Shown here: positions 49,815 through 58,862 of the stretch, in pieces
Position numbering within the stretch: position 1 is the first letter of the stretch
Layout of the letters: each line of letters begins with the position of its first letter
NCBI GenBank assembly: GCA_047632755.1
Contig: JBLIDT010000009.1
Span: 17,424 to 81,423, forward strand
Direction: 5' to 3'
Length of the DNA: 64,000 nucleotides
Source: Cryomorphaceae bacterium
GTDB lineage: Bacteria; Bacteroidota; Bacteroidia; Flavobacteriales_D; Cryomorphaceae
Position numbers and translations under genes: made by a program
The notes under the pieces: generated by a model
Told to the model about the DNA's origin: nothing
The model's database searches: none
The model's input: the letters and a program-made list of their open reading frames with translations, nothing else

Positions 49815-50115
49815 GAAATCCCGAGACGTGGCTGCCCACCTGAAGTATGTTTTTTAAATAAACCCTCCACTGGAGTTGATCCCACAATAGTTGAAGCGCC
49901 GCAATCCGGCGATGCTCAACTCAAAATCAACCAATAACGAGATCCTCATCACCGACCACAACGTTCAGGAAACCCTCTCCATCACTGACAGGGCTTATCT
50001 CCTCTTCGAAGGAAATATCCTCAAGTCAGGCACCGCCGAAGAGTTGGCTTCTGATGAGCAGGTGAGAAAGGTGTATTTGGGTAAGAATTTTGAGTTGAGG
50101 AGGAAAGTGCTTTAG
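49815..50115 (+). pseudogene. lptB remnant: decayed middle part plus an intact 3' end
   Basis: 49815-49941 translates to [40 protein letters not shown], compared with Lpt[42 protein letters not shown]. Walker B is destroyed and there is a stop and a 1-nt frameshift. 49942-50112 encodes 57 aa identical to the LptB C-terminus. Confidence 0.85.
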
Positions 50116-50120
50116 GCCAT
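49942..50120 (+). repeat. Direct repeat copy 2 (displaced lptB 3' end abutting purS)
   Basis: The 179-nt counterpart of 46407..46585. Its stop TAG (50113-50115) overlaps the purS stop on the opposite strand. Confidence 0.9.
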
Positions 50121-50372
50121 CTCCCGCTCTGCCAACTGAAAAGAGTACTTCTCCATAATCTGATTGGCCAACAGCTTCTTGCAAGCAGCCTCTACTTTTT
50201 CTTCAGCTTCTTCCTTGCTAGCTGCAATTACGTGCAGAGACATGTGCTTGCCGATTCTCACGTTGGTGATTTCTTCCAAGCCTAAGTTTTTCATGCTCGC
50301 GGTTACAGCTTTTCCTTGTGGGTCTAACAATGCGTCGAGGGGCATAATGTCAATTTCGGCAGTAAATTCCAT
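50112..50372 (-). CDS. purS: Phosphoribosylformylglycinamidine synthase subunit PurS
   Basis: The likely start is ATG 50372 ([23 protein letters not shown]…), giving 86 aa. The longer track ORF has a hydrophobic extension that overlaps pssA. Confidence 0.85.
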   Translation of the reverse strand: MEFTAEIDIMPLDALLDPQGKAVTASMKNLGLEEITNVRIGKHMSLHVIAASKEEAEEKVEAACKKLLANQIMEKYSFQLAEREMA

Positions 50373-50376
50373 GGCT

Positions 50377-51111
50377 TTATTTCCTAATGAGTGAGATAAT
50401 AAAATACAAAAGTAAAACAATCGGAATGGATGAAAACCCAAATAGGATAAATAAGCCGAGACCAATTACAATCAAAGTAATTTTGGACTTGTTTCCTCCT
50501 GCTTCACTTGAGAATTTCAACGCCAAAAAAGGAATTTCGGAAACCAATAGAATCCCAAGAAGAATTGTCGCAAAATCGACTAGGCCTGTAGATTCCTTGA
50601 AGTAATTCAAACCTTGATTGAGCGGCTCCAATTCAAAGAGTCCTCCTGTGCTCGCTAAGGCGATACTCACCCAAAAAAGTGCGTTAGCTGGAGTCGGTAA
50701 GCCGATAAAACCAGTCGATTGTCGGGTATCAATATTGAATTTCCCGAGTCGGTAAGCCGAAAAAGCGGCCATTAAGAGAGGAACAAATAGCAACAAAGCC
50801 TTCCAACCAAGAACGAATTCTGACCCGAACACGCCGTTAAACTGAAGCGCCAAAAAGACGGGTGCCACTCCAAAGCTCACCATATCAGCCAAGGAGTCAA
50901 GCTGCTTTCCTAGCTCGCCGCTCACGCCTAATGATCTGGCAGCTAACCCATCAAAGAAATCGAATCCCGCTCCAGCGAGGATTAACCAAGCGGCTATTTC
51001 AGGCTGATTTTGGGAACAAAAAAACAAAGACAAGACGCCTGACAATAAATTGCTCAGCGTAAGTAAATTGGGAATTTGAGATTTCAAATACATCGACTCA
51101 AAATTAACCAT
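50377..51111 (-). CDS. pssA: CDP-diacylglycerol--serine O-phosphatidyltransferase (CDP-alcohol phosphatidyltransferase family)
   Basis: Motif DGLAARSLGVSGELGKQLDSLAD (DGx2ARx8Gx3Dx3D). The likely start is ATG 51111 or 51093; the track start at 51315 overlaps the divergent gene. Confidence 0.8.
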   Translation of the reverse strand: MVNFESMYLKSQIPNLLTLSNLLSGVLSLFFCSQNQPEIAAWLILAGAGFDFFDGLAARSLGVSGELGKQLDSLADMVSFGVAPVFLALQFNGVFGSEFVLGWKALLLFVPLLMAAFSAYRLGKFNIDTRQSTGFIGLPTPANALFWVSIALASTGGLFELEPLNQGLNYFKESTGLVDFATILLGILLVSEIPFLALKFSSEAGGNKSKITLIVIGLGLFILFGFSSIPIVLLLYFIISLIRK

Positions 51112-51157
51112 TGAAAGTGCAATTTTTTTAGTTGTTTCGTGTTTTACCACGGAATTG

Positions 51158-52267
51158 ATGTTTATTTTTCGAATTATGGTTTCTCCCAAGTGGACGCTTC
51201 TGGCTTCTTGCTCTTTTCTGTTGTGTGTATTGGTGCAATTGGATTCGCATGCCCAGACGCGAAAATACAGTAATGAATTCCTGAATATTGGGGTAGGAGC
51301 TCGATCACTTGCCATGTCCGGGGCTGGAATTGCCTCTGTCGGAGATGTGACCGCTGGTTATTGGAACCCTGCAGGACTTACCGACATCGACGCAGATCTC
51401 GACGTGGCGGGTATGCACGCCGAATACTTCGCGGGAATAGCTCAATACGATTACGGTGCAATTGCCAAAAAAATTGACAGCACTTCCGTCATCGCCCTCT
51501 CCGTTATTCGTTTTGGAGTCGATGATATTCCAAATACCACTCAGCTAATCAATGCTGACGGCACCTTGAATTATGACAACATTACCTCTTTTTCAGCAGT
51601 TGATTACGGCTTTTTAGTGTCTTACGCCAAAGAGCTAAAGGTTCCTGGATTATCTCTCGGAGCAAATGTAAAAGTCGTTCACCGAATCATCGGAGATTTT
51701 GCCAGCAGCTGGGGCTTCGGTCTCGATGCAGGCGTGATTTACCGAAGGGGAAATTGGCGCTTTGCCGCTATGGCACGCGATATTACTTCCACCTACAATG
51801 CGTGGAATTACAGTCTTGACGAAGAAACCCAAGAAGTCTTTATCGCCACCGGAAATGAACTTCCCGAGAACGGCTTGGAAATCACTCTGCCGCGATTCAT
51901 CTTCGGCGCTTCTTATAAAAAAGAGCTAGGCAAGTTTGCGCTTCTGGGAGAAATCAATGCGGCCCTCACCACTGATGGTCAGAGAAATGTCCTGATTAGC
52001 GCCGATCCTTTGAGCATCGACCCTGTTATGGGAATCGAAGCGAGCTACTTGAATATGATCTTTTTAAGAGCGGGAATCGGTAACATCCAAAAGATAAAAA
52101 CGTTTCAAGGTGCTGAGGAATACAGTGTTCAACCCAATATGGGTGTGGGGCTTAGGTTGGGGAATTTCTTCCTTGATTACGCCATCACCGATATAGGGAA
52201 TACTTCAGAGGCGCTGTATTCTAATGTGTTTAGTTTACGCTTTAGGATATTTAAGCAAGCTCAGTGA
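51158..52267 (+). CDS. PorV/PorQ-family outer-membrane beta-barrel protein
   Basis: Signal peptide, then NEFLNIGVGARSLAMSGAGIASVGDVTAGYWNPAGL, which resembles the conserved N-terminal block of PorV/PorQ proteins. The start may be ATG 51158 or 51176. Confidence 0.6.
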   Translation: MFIFRIMVSPKWTLLASCSFLLCVLVQLDSHAQTRKYSNEFLNIGVGARSLAMSGAGIASVGDVTAGYWNPAGLTDIDADLDVAGMHAEYFAGIAQYDYGAIAKKIDSTSVIALSVIRFGVDDIPNTTQLINADGTLNYDNITSFSAVDYGFLVSYAKELKVPGLSLGANVKVVHRIIGDFASSWGFGLDAGVIYRRGNWRFAAMARDITSTYNAWNYSLDEETQEVFIATGNELPENGLEITLPRFIFGASYKKELGKFALLGEINAALTTDGQRNVLISADPLSIDPVMGIEASYLNMIFLRAGIGNIQKIKTFQGAEEYSVQPNMGVGLRLGNFFLDYAITDIGNTSEALYSNVFSLRFRIFKQAQ

Positions 52268-55200
52268 AAAAACTCTACCTACTAGGTTTTGTACTCATTT
52301 CGTCCATCCTTCAAGCTCAGCCTTTTGGCAATGAGTGGATCAACTACAGCCAGAAGTATTACAAGTTTTCCATCGCTGAAGATGGCGTCTACCAAATCAC
52401 TTTCAATGACCTAGCCAACGCGGGAATTCCCATCTCTGGAATTGCCCCAGAGAACATTCAACTTTTTGCGGCCAACGAAGAAGTTCCCATATACATCGAA
52501 GGCGGAGAAGATGGCTTTTTTAACTCGACGGATTTTATAGAGTTCATCGGTCGCAAGAATGACGGATCGCTTGATGCTCCACTCTACGATACCGCCGATG
52601 ATCAACCGAACCCTTTCTACAGCCTTTACAATGATACATTGAGCTATTTCTTGACTTGGAATAGCGCAGGAAACAATCTCCGTTTTCAAGAAAACGACGT
52701 CTCGGATCTGGATTCATACATACCGCGTCAGTATATCTGGAAGCGGTTGAGGCGGGTATACAGCAATGGTTACTACCAAGGTCAGCTGGATGCCATCGGT
52801 ATTTCAGTTCCTTATTATACCAAAGGTGAAGGCTGGATGAGCCCTCGATTTGGGATACCTCAAGGAAGTTCTTCAATCACCACAGAATTTAGTACTTCAG
52901 GTGTTTATCAAGAAGAGGGTGCACCTTCAGCGGAGGCTTTTTCTGTTTCGGCAGGGGTTTCCAATGCCGCATCAGGGAGCGGAAACAACCACTTTCTTCA
53001 GATCCGATACGGTGACGAAAATGCTTTAGCCGTCAATTTTCAATTTCAAGGCTATGAAGTCAATCGATTTGACTTTGAAATACCCAACAGTTCACTGGGT
53101 GATGAATCGACGTTAATTCGACACGAAGTTTCGAATTCCCTCGGAGTGGCGAGCGACTATCAGGCCTTGGCCACTTTAGAGTTGAACTTTCCGCACACCA
53201 CGAATTTATCGGGTGCAAATTCTTTCGAATTCTTTTATCGATTGAATACGGCTCAAAGTAAGACCCGTTTTGATTTGCTAAATGTGGGTGGAACGTCACC
53301 TCGAGTTTATGCTGACGCGGCTGAGCCCCAAAGATCCGAATTCGTTCAAGATGGAATTTCTTTCCAAACCCTTTTGGAAAATAGCTTTGGAGACGATACC
53401 TACGATTGCCTTTTGGTAACGAATGAGACGGTAAAGTCTGTCGGTGTGATCACGTCGGTAGCCAACAATGGTTTCTTTACCAATTACGGTTTGGCAGAAG
53501 TCGATTCGGCATTTCTAATCATAACGCACGAGTCCCTTCTGGAAACAGCTCAGGCCTATGCCAATTACCGTCAACAAAGATTCAATACTGTCCTTACAGA
53601 GGTGGGAGAGATCTACGATCAATTTGGTGGCGGAGTAGATAATAGTGGGCTTTCGCTCAGGAATTTTTCAAACTTCCTGATCAATACTTGGCCTACACCT
53701 CCTCAGTATTTGCTGCTACTCGGAAAGAGCGTTAGAGGCGTGCCCGAAGCTTTCTCTGTGGGCTCTCGAAAAGATTCAACGCATTACGCACGAAACCTGG
53801 TGCCAACTCTTGGCAATCCTTCAGCTGATAATTTGATTACTTCAGGCCTAGGGTCAACTATCCTCGAACCAGCTATTAGGACGGGACGAATAAGTGCCAA
53901 CAACCAAGAAGAGTTGCAGTGGTATCTGGAAAAGCTTCAAGTATTTGAAGCCCAGCCACAAGCCGCTTGGATGAAAAATGTTCTACACTTCGGTGGTGGA
54001 AGAGACAGCCAAGAACAGAATCGATTCGCCTCCTATCTTTTCAACTACGAGCAAATCGTGTCAGACTCTGCCTTCGGTGCCGATGTCCATACTTTTTTAA
54101 AGACCTCTTCCATCCCTATTGAAATTAATCTTTCTGAAGAGGTTGGAATTCTCATCAATGGTGGCTGCTCGGTTATGACATTTTTTGGACACGCCAGTTC
54201 CGACGGGTTCGATCAAACCATTGACAATCCCAATAACTACGAATGGAATGGGAAGTTTCCTTTCCTTTTGGGGAATGGATGCTATACAGGAGATTACCAC
54301 GGGCTTGGCTCGGGAAGCACGTCAGAACAATATACTATCCTCCAAGAAAAAGGAGTGATCGGATTTTTAGCATCTACAGAGCTAGGGTTCGAGGCTTCTC
54401 TAAATGATTACAGCAGAAAATTTTACCGAAACCTTTCCATTGAAAATTATGGAGGAACGGTGGGTGAACACATTCGCCGAACCATTCGCGAGATTCAAGC
54501 CCAGAACAGCCCCGATAATCTCTTTGTGATCAATACCACTTTGGGAATGTCCCTTCAAGGTGACCCATCCGTTGTGATCAATTCTTGGCCAAAGCCTGAT
54601 TTGAGCATAGGTGCTCAAGATATTTTCTTCACACCGTCAGAGATTACCGCCGAGACAGACAGTTTTACTGTAAATATGGTGGTGACCAATATCGGGAAAG
54701 GCACGTACCAGCCTTTCTCAGTGACACTCGAACATGAAACTCCCGAAGGCGTTGGTGATTCCATTTACGTAAGAACCTTGGAAGGACTTCTCTACAAAGA
54801 CACGGTGAAGATTAATTTGCCAGTCGATGTGCAGTTTGGTCTTGGCTTACACCGATTCAATGTGTTGGTAGACATTCCTAGTAGTGATGTGGAAGAGCTG
54901 GAGGGATTTGAAACGGTGAACAACCAAGTTTTTGATCGGCAACTCTTCATCTCAAATGGTGGTGTAGTCCCTGTTTATCCCTATCGTTTTGCAGTAGTAG
55001 ACGAAAACCCAGTGAAGCTGCGCGCCTCCACGGGTGATCCTTTAGCGGAAGCGGCGACCTACCGAATAGAAGTAGATACTACAGATACTTTTAACAGTCC
55101 AGGATTTCTTTTCACCGAAATCACTCAAACGGGTGGTGTTCTGGAGTGGGAGCCTTCGCTTAATTACTCGGATAGTTTGGTGGTGTATTGGCGTTGTGCC

Positions 55201-57324
55201 ACATTGGGCGATGACGAAATCAACTGGCGCGAAAGTTCCTTTCAATACATTCCAGAGAGACGTGGCTGGGGCCAGGCGCATATTTTCCAATTTGAGAACA
55301 ATAGCCTGTCTCAAAAAGAATTCAATCGAGCTGAGCGCCAAATTGATTTCTCCTCTGGATCAGCGCGAATCACAAACAACGTTTTGGGAAATTCGACCTC
55401 CTTTCAGAACGAAGTATTGCTAAATACCAGTGTCGTGGAATACGGGCTTTGTTTCGGAACTCCATCCGTTCATTTGGTGGTTTTCGATCCCATTACTTTT
55501 GATGCTTGGGGTACGAACTACAACAATCAAAATCCTCAAAATGTATTTGGCAATGCCAATGAAACTAGCTGTCGGCAGAGGGTAGAATACTTCTTCATTT
55601 TCAGGCAGAATGACATTGACCAGATGCAAGCTCTCGCGGACCTGCTGCTTTCTGATGTTATCCCCGATGGTCATATCGTAGTGCTCTATTCGGCCCGGTA
55701 TATCAGCTATGATGATTGGGATCAAACTCCAGATGTTTACGAAGCGTTCTCCTCTATGGGAGCTGGTATTATCGGTTCGGAGATGGCTCAGGACAGTGTT
55801 CCATATTCGCTCATTGCCCGAAAGGGAGACCCCGACTTTGCTTTTGAACTCTATGGAAATGCCATAGATGATGTGCTTAGTAATATTGTCGATGTTCCCG
55901 CATCGGGAAATTCGGGTTTAATGGTGTCACCACGCATTGGACCTACGAGTGATTGGGGTACTTTAAGCTGGCAAAACTCTAGTCTCGAGTCCACTCCAGG
56001 TGATACTTCGAGGGTCTCCATAATTGGAATAAAACTAAACGGTGTGAAGGAGGAAATCCTTGAAAGCCCTTACGCTGAAGTCGCCAACTCGCTCAGCAAT
56101 ATCGGGACTGTTATTTCTCCTCAAGAGTATCCTTATCTGGAACTTCAGATCTTCTCGAAAGATGAAGAAACTCAAACCCCACGTCAGGTAGATCGCTGGC
56201 ATGTCTTGTATGATGAGGTAACAGAATTGGCCGTGAACCCCAATCGGTTTTTTGCTTTCTCAGGCAATGAAGTGGCTCAAGGTGCCGAGGGGTTTTTGTC
56301 CGTGGCCATTGAAAATGTTTCGATGACCAATTCTGATAGTCTCTTGATTCGGTATTGGGTTGAAGACTCAGAGCGAAACGAGATTGAAATTCCTTATTCC
56401 CTCCAAGATTCACTTCTAATCGGAGAAGTTTTGATTGACACGGTTTTTTTTGATACGCGATTCCTTCAAGGCGAGAATACGCTTTGGGTAGAAGTCAATC
56501 CGCTTGATACTGAGACTGGAATGACGCATCAATCCGAACAGACGCGTTTCAACAACATACTTCGAATTCCATTCACAGTCACCAGCGATGAGGAGAATCC
56601 GATTCTCGATGTCACCTTCGACGGAATTCACATTATCAATGGAGAAGTGGTTTCGCCCAATCCCGAAGTGCTGATAGCGCTCAAAGATGAGAACCCCTTC
56701 CTCATCATGGATGAGCCTGCCGACACTTCCCTCTTTAAAGTATTCATAGCCGCTCCAGGCACGAATCTAAGGCGTGTATACTTCACCAATCAGCTCGGTG
56801 AGGAGGAGATGCAATTTATTCCAGCTGAGAATGAACAAAATCGGGCGAAGATTTTTTATCGACCAGATTTGAAGCTAAACGGGGAGTACAAAATGCTTGT
56901 CCAAGCCAGCGATAAGTCTGGAAATTCCTCGGGTAATGCCGATTTCGAAATTGACTTTGAAGTGGTGAAAGAGTCGACCATTACCGAAGTCCTCAATTAT
57001 CCGAATCCATTTTCGACAAGTACTCAATTCATATTTACCCTCACTGGAGACGAGGTTCCAGATGAGTTCAAGATTCAGATCATGACGATCTCTGGGAGAG
57101 TTGTCAGAGAAATCATGCAAGACGAATTCGGCCCGATTCGAATAGGGCGAAACCGATCGGCCTACCGCTGGGATGCCCGAGACGAATATGGTGACCGTCT
57201 GGCGAATGGTGTTTATCTCTACCGCGTTATTGCCAAAATAAACGGCGAAGACATCATGCTGCGCGACGGCGGCGGCGCCCAGTATTTTGAGCAGGGGTTT
57301 GGGAAGATGGTTCTCTTCCGGTAG
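52264..57324 (+). CDS. C25-family (gingipain-like) cysteine peptidase, PorU-like, with a T9SS C-terminal domain
   Basis: 1686 aa. The start GTG at 52264 overlaps the upstream stop (GTGA, 4 nt). Candidate catalytic His and Cys contexts are MTFFGHASSDGF and FLLGNGCYTGDYH. The N-terminus (WINYSQKYYKFSIAEDGVYQITFNDL) is PorU-like. CTD: LNYPNPFSTSTQFIFTL…GVYLYRVIAK. Confidence 0.7.
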   Translation: MKKLYLLGFVLISSILQAQPFGNEWINYSQKYYKFSIAEDGVYQITFNDLANAGIPISGIAPENIQLFAANEEVPIYIEGGEDGFFNSTDFIEFIGRKNDGSLDAPLYDTADDQPNPFYSLYNDTLSYFLTWNSAGNNLRFQENDVSDLDSYIPRQYIWKRLRRVYSNGYYQGQLDAIGISVPYYTKGEGWMSPRFGIPQGSSSITTEFSTSGVYQEEGAPSAEAFSVSAGVSNAASGSGNNHFLQIRYGDENALAVNFQFQGYEVNRFDFEIPNSSLGDESTLIRHEVSNSLGVASDYQALATLELNFPHTTNLSGANSFEFFYRLNTAQSKTRFDLLNVGGTSPRVYADAAEPQRSEFVQDGISFQTLLENSFGDDTYDCLLVTNETVKSVGVITSVANNGFFTNYGLAEVDSAFLIITHESLLETAQAYANYRQQRFNTVLTEVGEIYDQFGGGVDNSGLSLRNFSNFLINTWPTPPQYLLLLGKSVRGVPEAFSVGSRKDSTHYARNLVPTLGNPSADNLITSGLGSTILEPAIRTGRISANNQEELQWYLEKLQVFEAQPQAAWMKNVLHFGGGRDSQEQNRFASYLFNYEQIVSDSAFGADVHTFLKTSSIPIEINLSEEVGILINGGCSVMTFFGHASSDGFDQTIDNPNNYEWNGKFPFLLGNGCYTGDYHGLGSGSTSEQYTILQEKGVIGFLASTELGFEASLNDYSRKFYRNLSIENYGGTVGEHIRRTIREIQAQNSPDNLFVINTTLGMSLQGDPSVVINSWPKPDLSIGAQDIFFTPSEITAETDSFTVNMVVTNIGKGTYQPFSVTLEHETPEGVGDSIYVRTLEGLLYKDTVKINLPVDVQFGLGLHRFNVLVDIPSSDVEELEGFETVNNQVFDRQLFISNGGVVPVYPYRFAVVDENPVKLRASTGDPLAEAATYRIEVDTTDTFNSPGFLFTEITQTGGVLEWEPSLNYSDSLVVYWRCATLGDDEINWRESSFQYIPERRGWGQAHIFQFENNSLSQKEFNRAERQIDFSSGSARITNNVLGNSTSFQNEVLLNTSVVEYGLCFGTPSVHLVVFDPITFDAWGTNYNNQNPQNVFGNANETSCRQRVEYFFIFRQNDIDQMQALADLLLSDVIPDGHIVVLYSARYISYDDWDQTPDVYEAFSSMGAGIIGSEMAQDSVPYSLIARKGDPDFAFELYGNAIDDVLSNIVDVPASGNSGLMVSPRIGPTSDWGTLSWQNSSLESTPGDTSRVSIIGIKLNGVKEEILESPYAEVANSLSNIGTVISPQEYPYLELQIFSKDEETQTPRQVDRWHVLYDEVTELAVNPNRFFAFSGNEVAQGAEGFLSVAIENVSMTNSDSLLIRYWVEDSERNEIEIPYSLQDSLLIGEVLIDTVFFDTRFLQGENTLWVEVNPLDTETGMTHQSEQTRFNNILRIPFTVTSDEENPILDVTFDGIHIINGEVVSPNPEVLIALKDENPFLIMDEPADTSLFKVFIAAPGTNLRRVYFTNQLGEEEMQFIPAENEQNRAKIFYRPDLKLNGEYKMLVQASDKSGNSSGNADFEIDFEVVKESTITEVLNYPNPFSTSTQFIFTLTGDEVPDEFKIQIMTISGRVVREIMQDEFGPIRIGRNRSAYRWDARDEYGDRLANGVYLYRVIAKINGEDIMLRDGGGAQYFEQGFGKMVLFR

Positions 57325-57395
57325 TTCATAATTCTTGTCGATGAGCTCTTCGCTCTAAACCATCTGAATTCGGGGAAATCGACGCCAAACTTTCC

Positions 57396-57403
57396 TATTT
57401 TTG
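57396..57403 (+). promoter_or_regulatory. Candidate -7 box TATTTTTG upstream of lpdA
   Basis: Matches TAnnTTTG, 23 nt upstream of ATG 57426. Confidence 0.3.
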
Positions 57404-57425
57404 CCCAACGAAAAAAACACCATTC

Positions 57426-58826
57426 ATGGATCAATACGATGTGGTAATTATTGGCTCCGGCCCCGGAGGTTATGTTTGTGCCATTCGCTGTGCTCAATTG
57501 GGCATGAAGACGGCAATCATTGAAAAATATTCTACCCTTGGCGGGACATGCCTAAATGTAGGCTGTATTCCCTCCAAGGCGCTTTTGGACTCATCTGAGC
57601 ATTACTTCAAAGCGCTTCACGAATTTGCAGAGCACGGTATCGAGTTGAAAGATCTGAAGGTCAACTTGCCTCAGATGATAAAGCGCAAGGCCGAAGTAGT
57701 GGATCAAACTACTAAAGGAATCGACTTCTTGATGAAGAAGAACGACATTACCGTTTTGCACGGAATGGGATCCTTCATCGATAAAGAGACAATTAAGGTA
57801 TCTTCCGACGAAGGCGATAAAGAGATTAAAGCAAAGCGAATTGTGATTGCCACGGGTTCGAAGCCAAACTTCTTTCCAGGCATGGAGCCCGACAAAGACC
57901 GTATCATCACAAGCACAGAGGCTTTGGAACTTCTGGAAGTGCCAAAGAAAATGGTAGTCGTGGGCGGTGGAGTAATCGGTCTCGAGCTTGGATCAGTTTA
58001 CGCCCGATTAGGTTCGGAGGTGACTGTAGTGGAATTCACTGACGGTATTATTTCGACCATGGATCGCACCCTTGGAAAAGAGTTGGCCAAGGTTCTGAAA
58101 AAAGAAGGAGTCAAATTCAACTTTAATCACAAGGTTCAGAAAGTTGAGAATACTGGCAAAGGAGTAAAAGTAATGGCTCTCGATAAGAAGGGCGCCGAAG
58201 TGACTTTCGAAGCAGATTACTGCTTGGTTTCCGTTGGTCGAAAGCCGTACACACAAGGATTAGGTTTGAAGAATGCAGGTTTAACAACCGACGAGAGAGG
58301 AAGAATCGATGTGAATGACCAGCTCAGAACCAAAGTCGACAATATTTACGCCATTGGTGATGTGGTGCGTGGAGCAATGCTGGCTCACAAAGCCGAGGAA
58401 GAAGGCGTTTTGGTAGCCGAAGTAATGGCTGGTCAAAAACCACATATCAATTACAAGCTCATTCCGAATGTGGTCTACACATGGCCAGAAGTGGCGGGGG
58501 TAGGCTATACCGAAGAAGAACTTAAAGCCGACGGAAAAGAATACAAAACAGGTACTTTCCCCATGCGTGCCTTAGGAAGAGCGAGAGCGAGCGGAGACAC
58601 TCATGGATTGGTTAAAATCTTAGCCGATAAAGAAACCGATGAAATTTTGGGTGTCCATATGATCGGCCCTCGTGTGGCCGATTTGATATCAGAAGGAGTA
58701 GTGGCGATGGAATACCGAGCCAGTGCTGAGGACATCGCTCGCATGAGCCATGCCCACCCGACTTATTCTGAAGCGGTGAAGGAAGCTGCACTCGCGGCTA
58801 CCGAAGACCGTGCGATGCACATTTAA
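57426..58826 (+). CDS. lpdA: Dihydrolipoyl dehydrogenase
   Basis: 466 aa. GSGPGGY FAD motif, redox-active disulfide GGTCLNVGCIPSK, C-terminal HAHPTYSE. Confidence 0.95.
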   Translation: MDQYDVVIIGSGPGGYVCAIRCAQLGMKTAIIEKYSTLGGTCLNVGCIPSKALLDSSEHYFKALHEFAEHGIELKDLKVNLPQMIKRKAEVVDQTTKGIDFLMKKNDITVLHGMGSFIDKETIKVSSDEGDKEIKAKRIVIATGSKPNFFPGMEPDKDRIITSTEALELLEVPKKMVVVGGGVIGLELGSVYARLGSEVTVVEFTDGIISTMDRTLGKELAKVLKKEGVKFNFNHKVQKVENTGKGVKVMALDKKGAEVTFEADYCLVSVGRKPYTQGLGLKNAGLTTDERGRIDVNDQLRTKVDNIYAIGDVVRGAMLAHKAEEEGVLVAEVMAGQKPHINYKLIPNVVYTWPEVAGVGYTEEELKADGKEYKTGTFPMRALGRARASGDTHGLVKILADKETDEILGVHMIGPRVADLISEGVVAMEYRASAEDIARMSHAHPTYSEAVKEAALAATEDRAMHI

Positions 58827-58862
58827 AGGAAACATGTACTTCCGATTCTTGTTAAAGTCCAT

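Noticed and set aside
49746-49937. 63-aa ORF upstream of the lptB remnant.
   Set aside because: It translates to a degraded LptB signature/Walker B region (EIPRRGCPPEVCFLNKPSTGVDP) with the catalytic residues lost. It is pseudogene debris, not a gene.
46586-49941. Searched the inserted segment for integrase, transposase, inverted terminal repeats or tRNA-like att sites.
   Set aside because: I found none by eye. Only the FG-GAP gene and non-coding flanks are present, so I do not call it a mobile element.
49891-50115. 74-aa ORF ([25 protein letters not shown]…) listed in the ORF track as a possible gene.
   Set aside because: Its last 57 aa are the displaced LptB C-terminus. It has a TTG start and no Walker motifs, so I treat it as part of an lptB remnant. 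Its purely synonymous divergence is still flagged in the findings.
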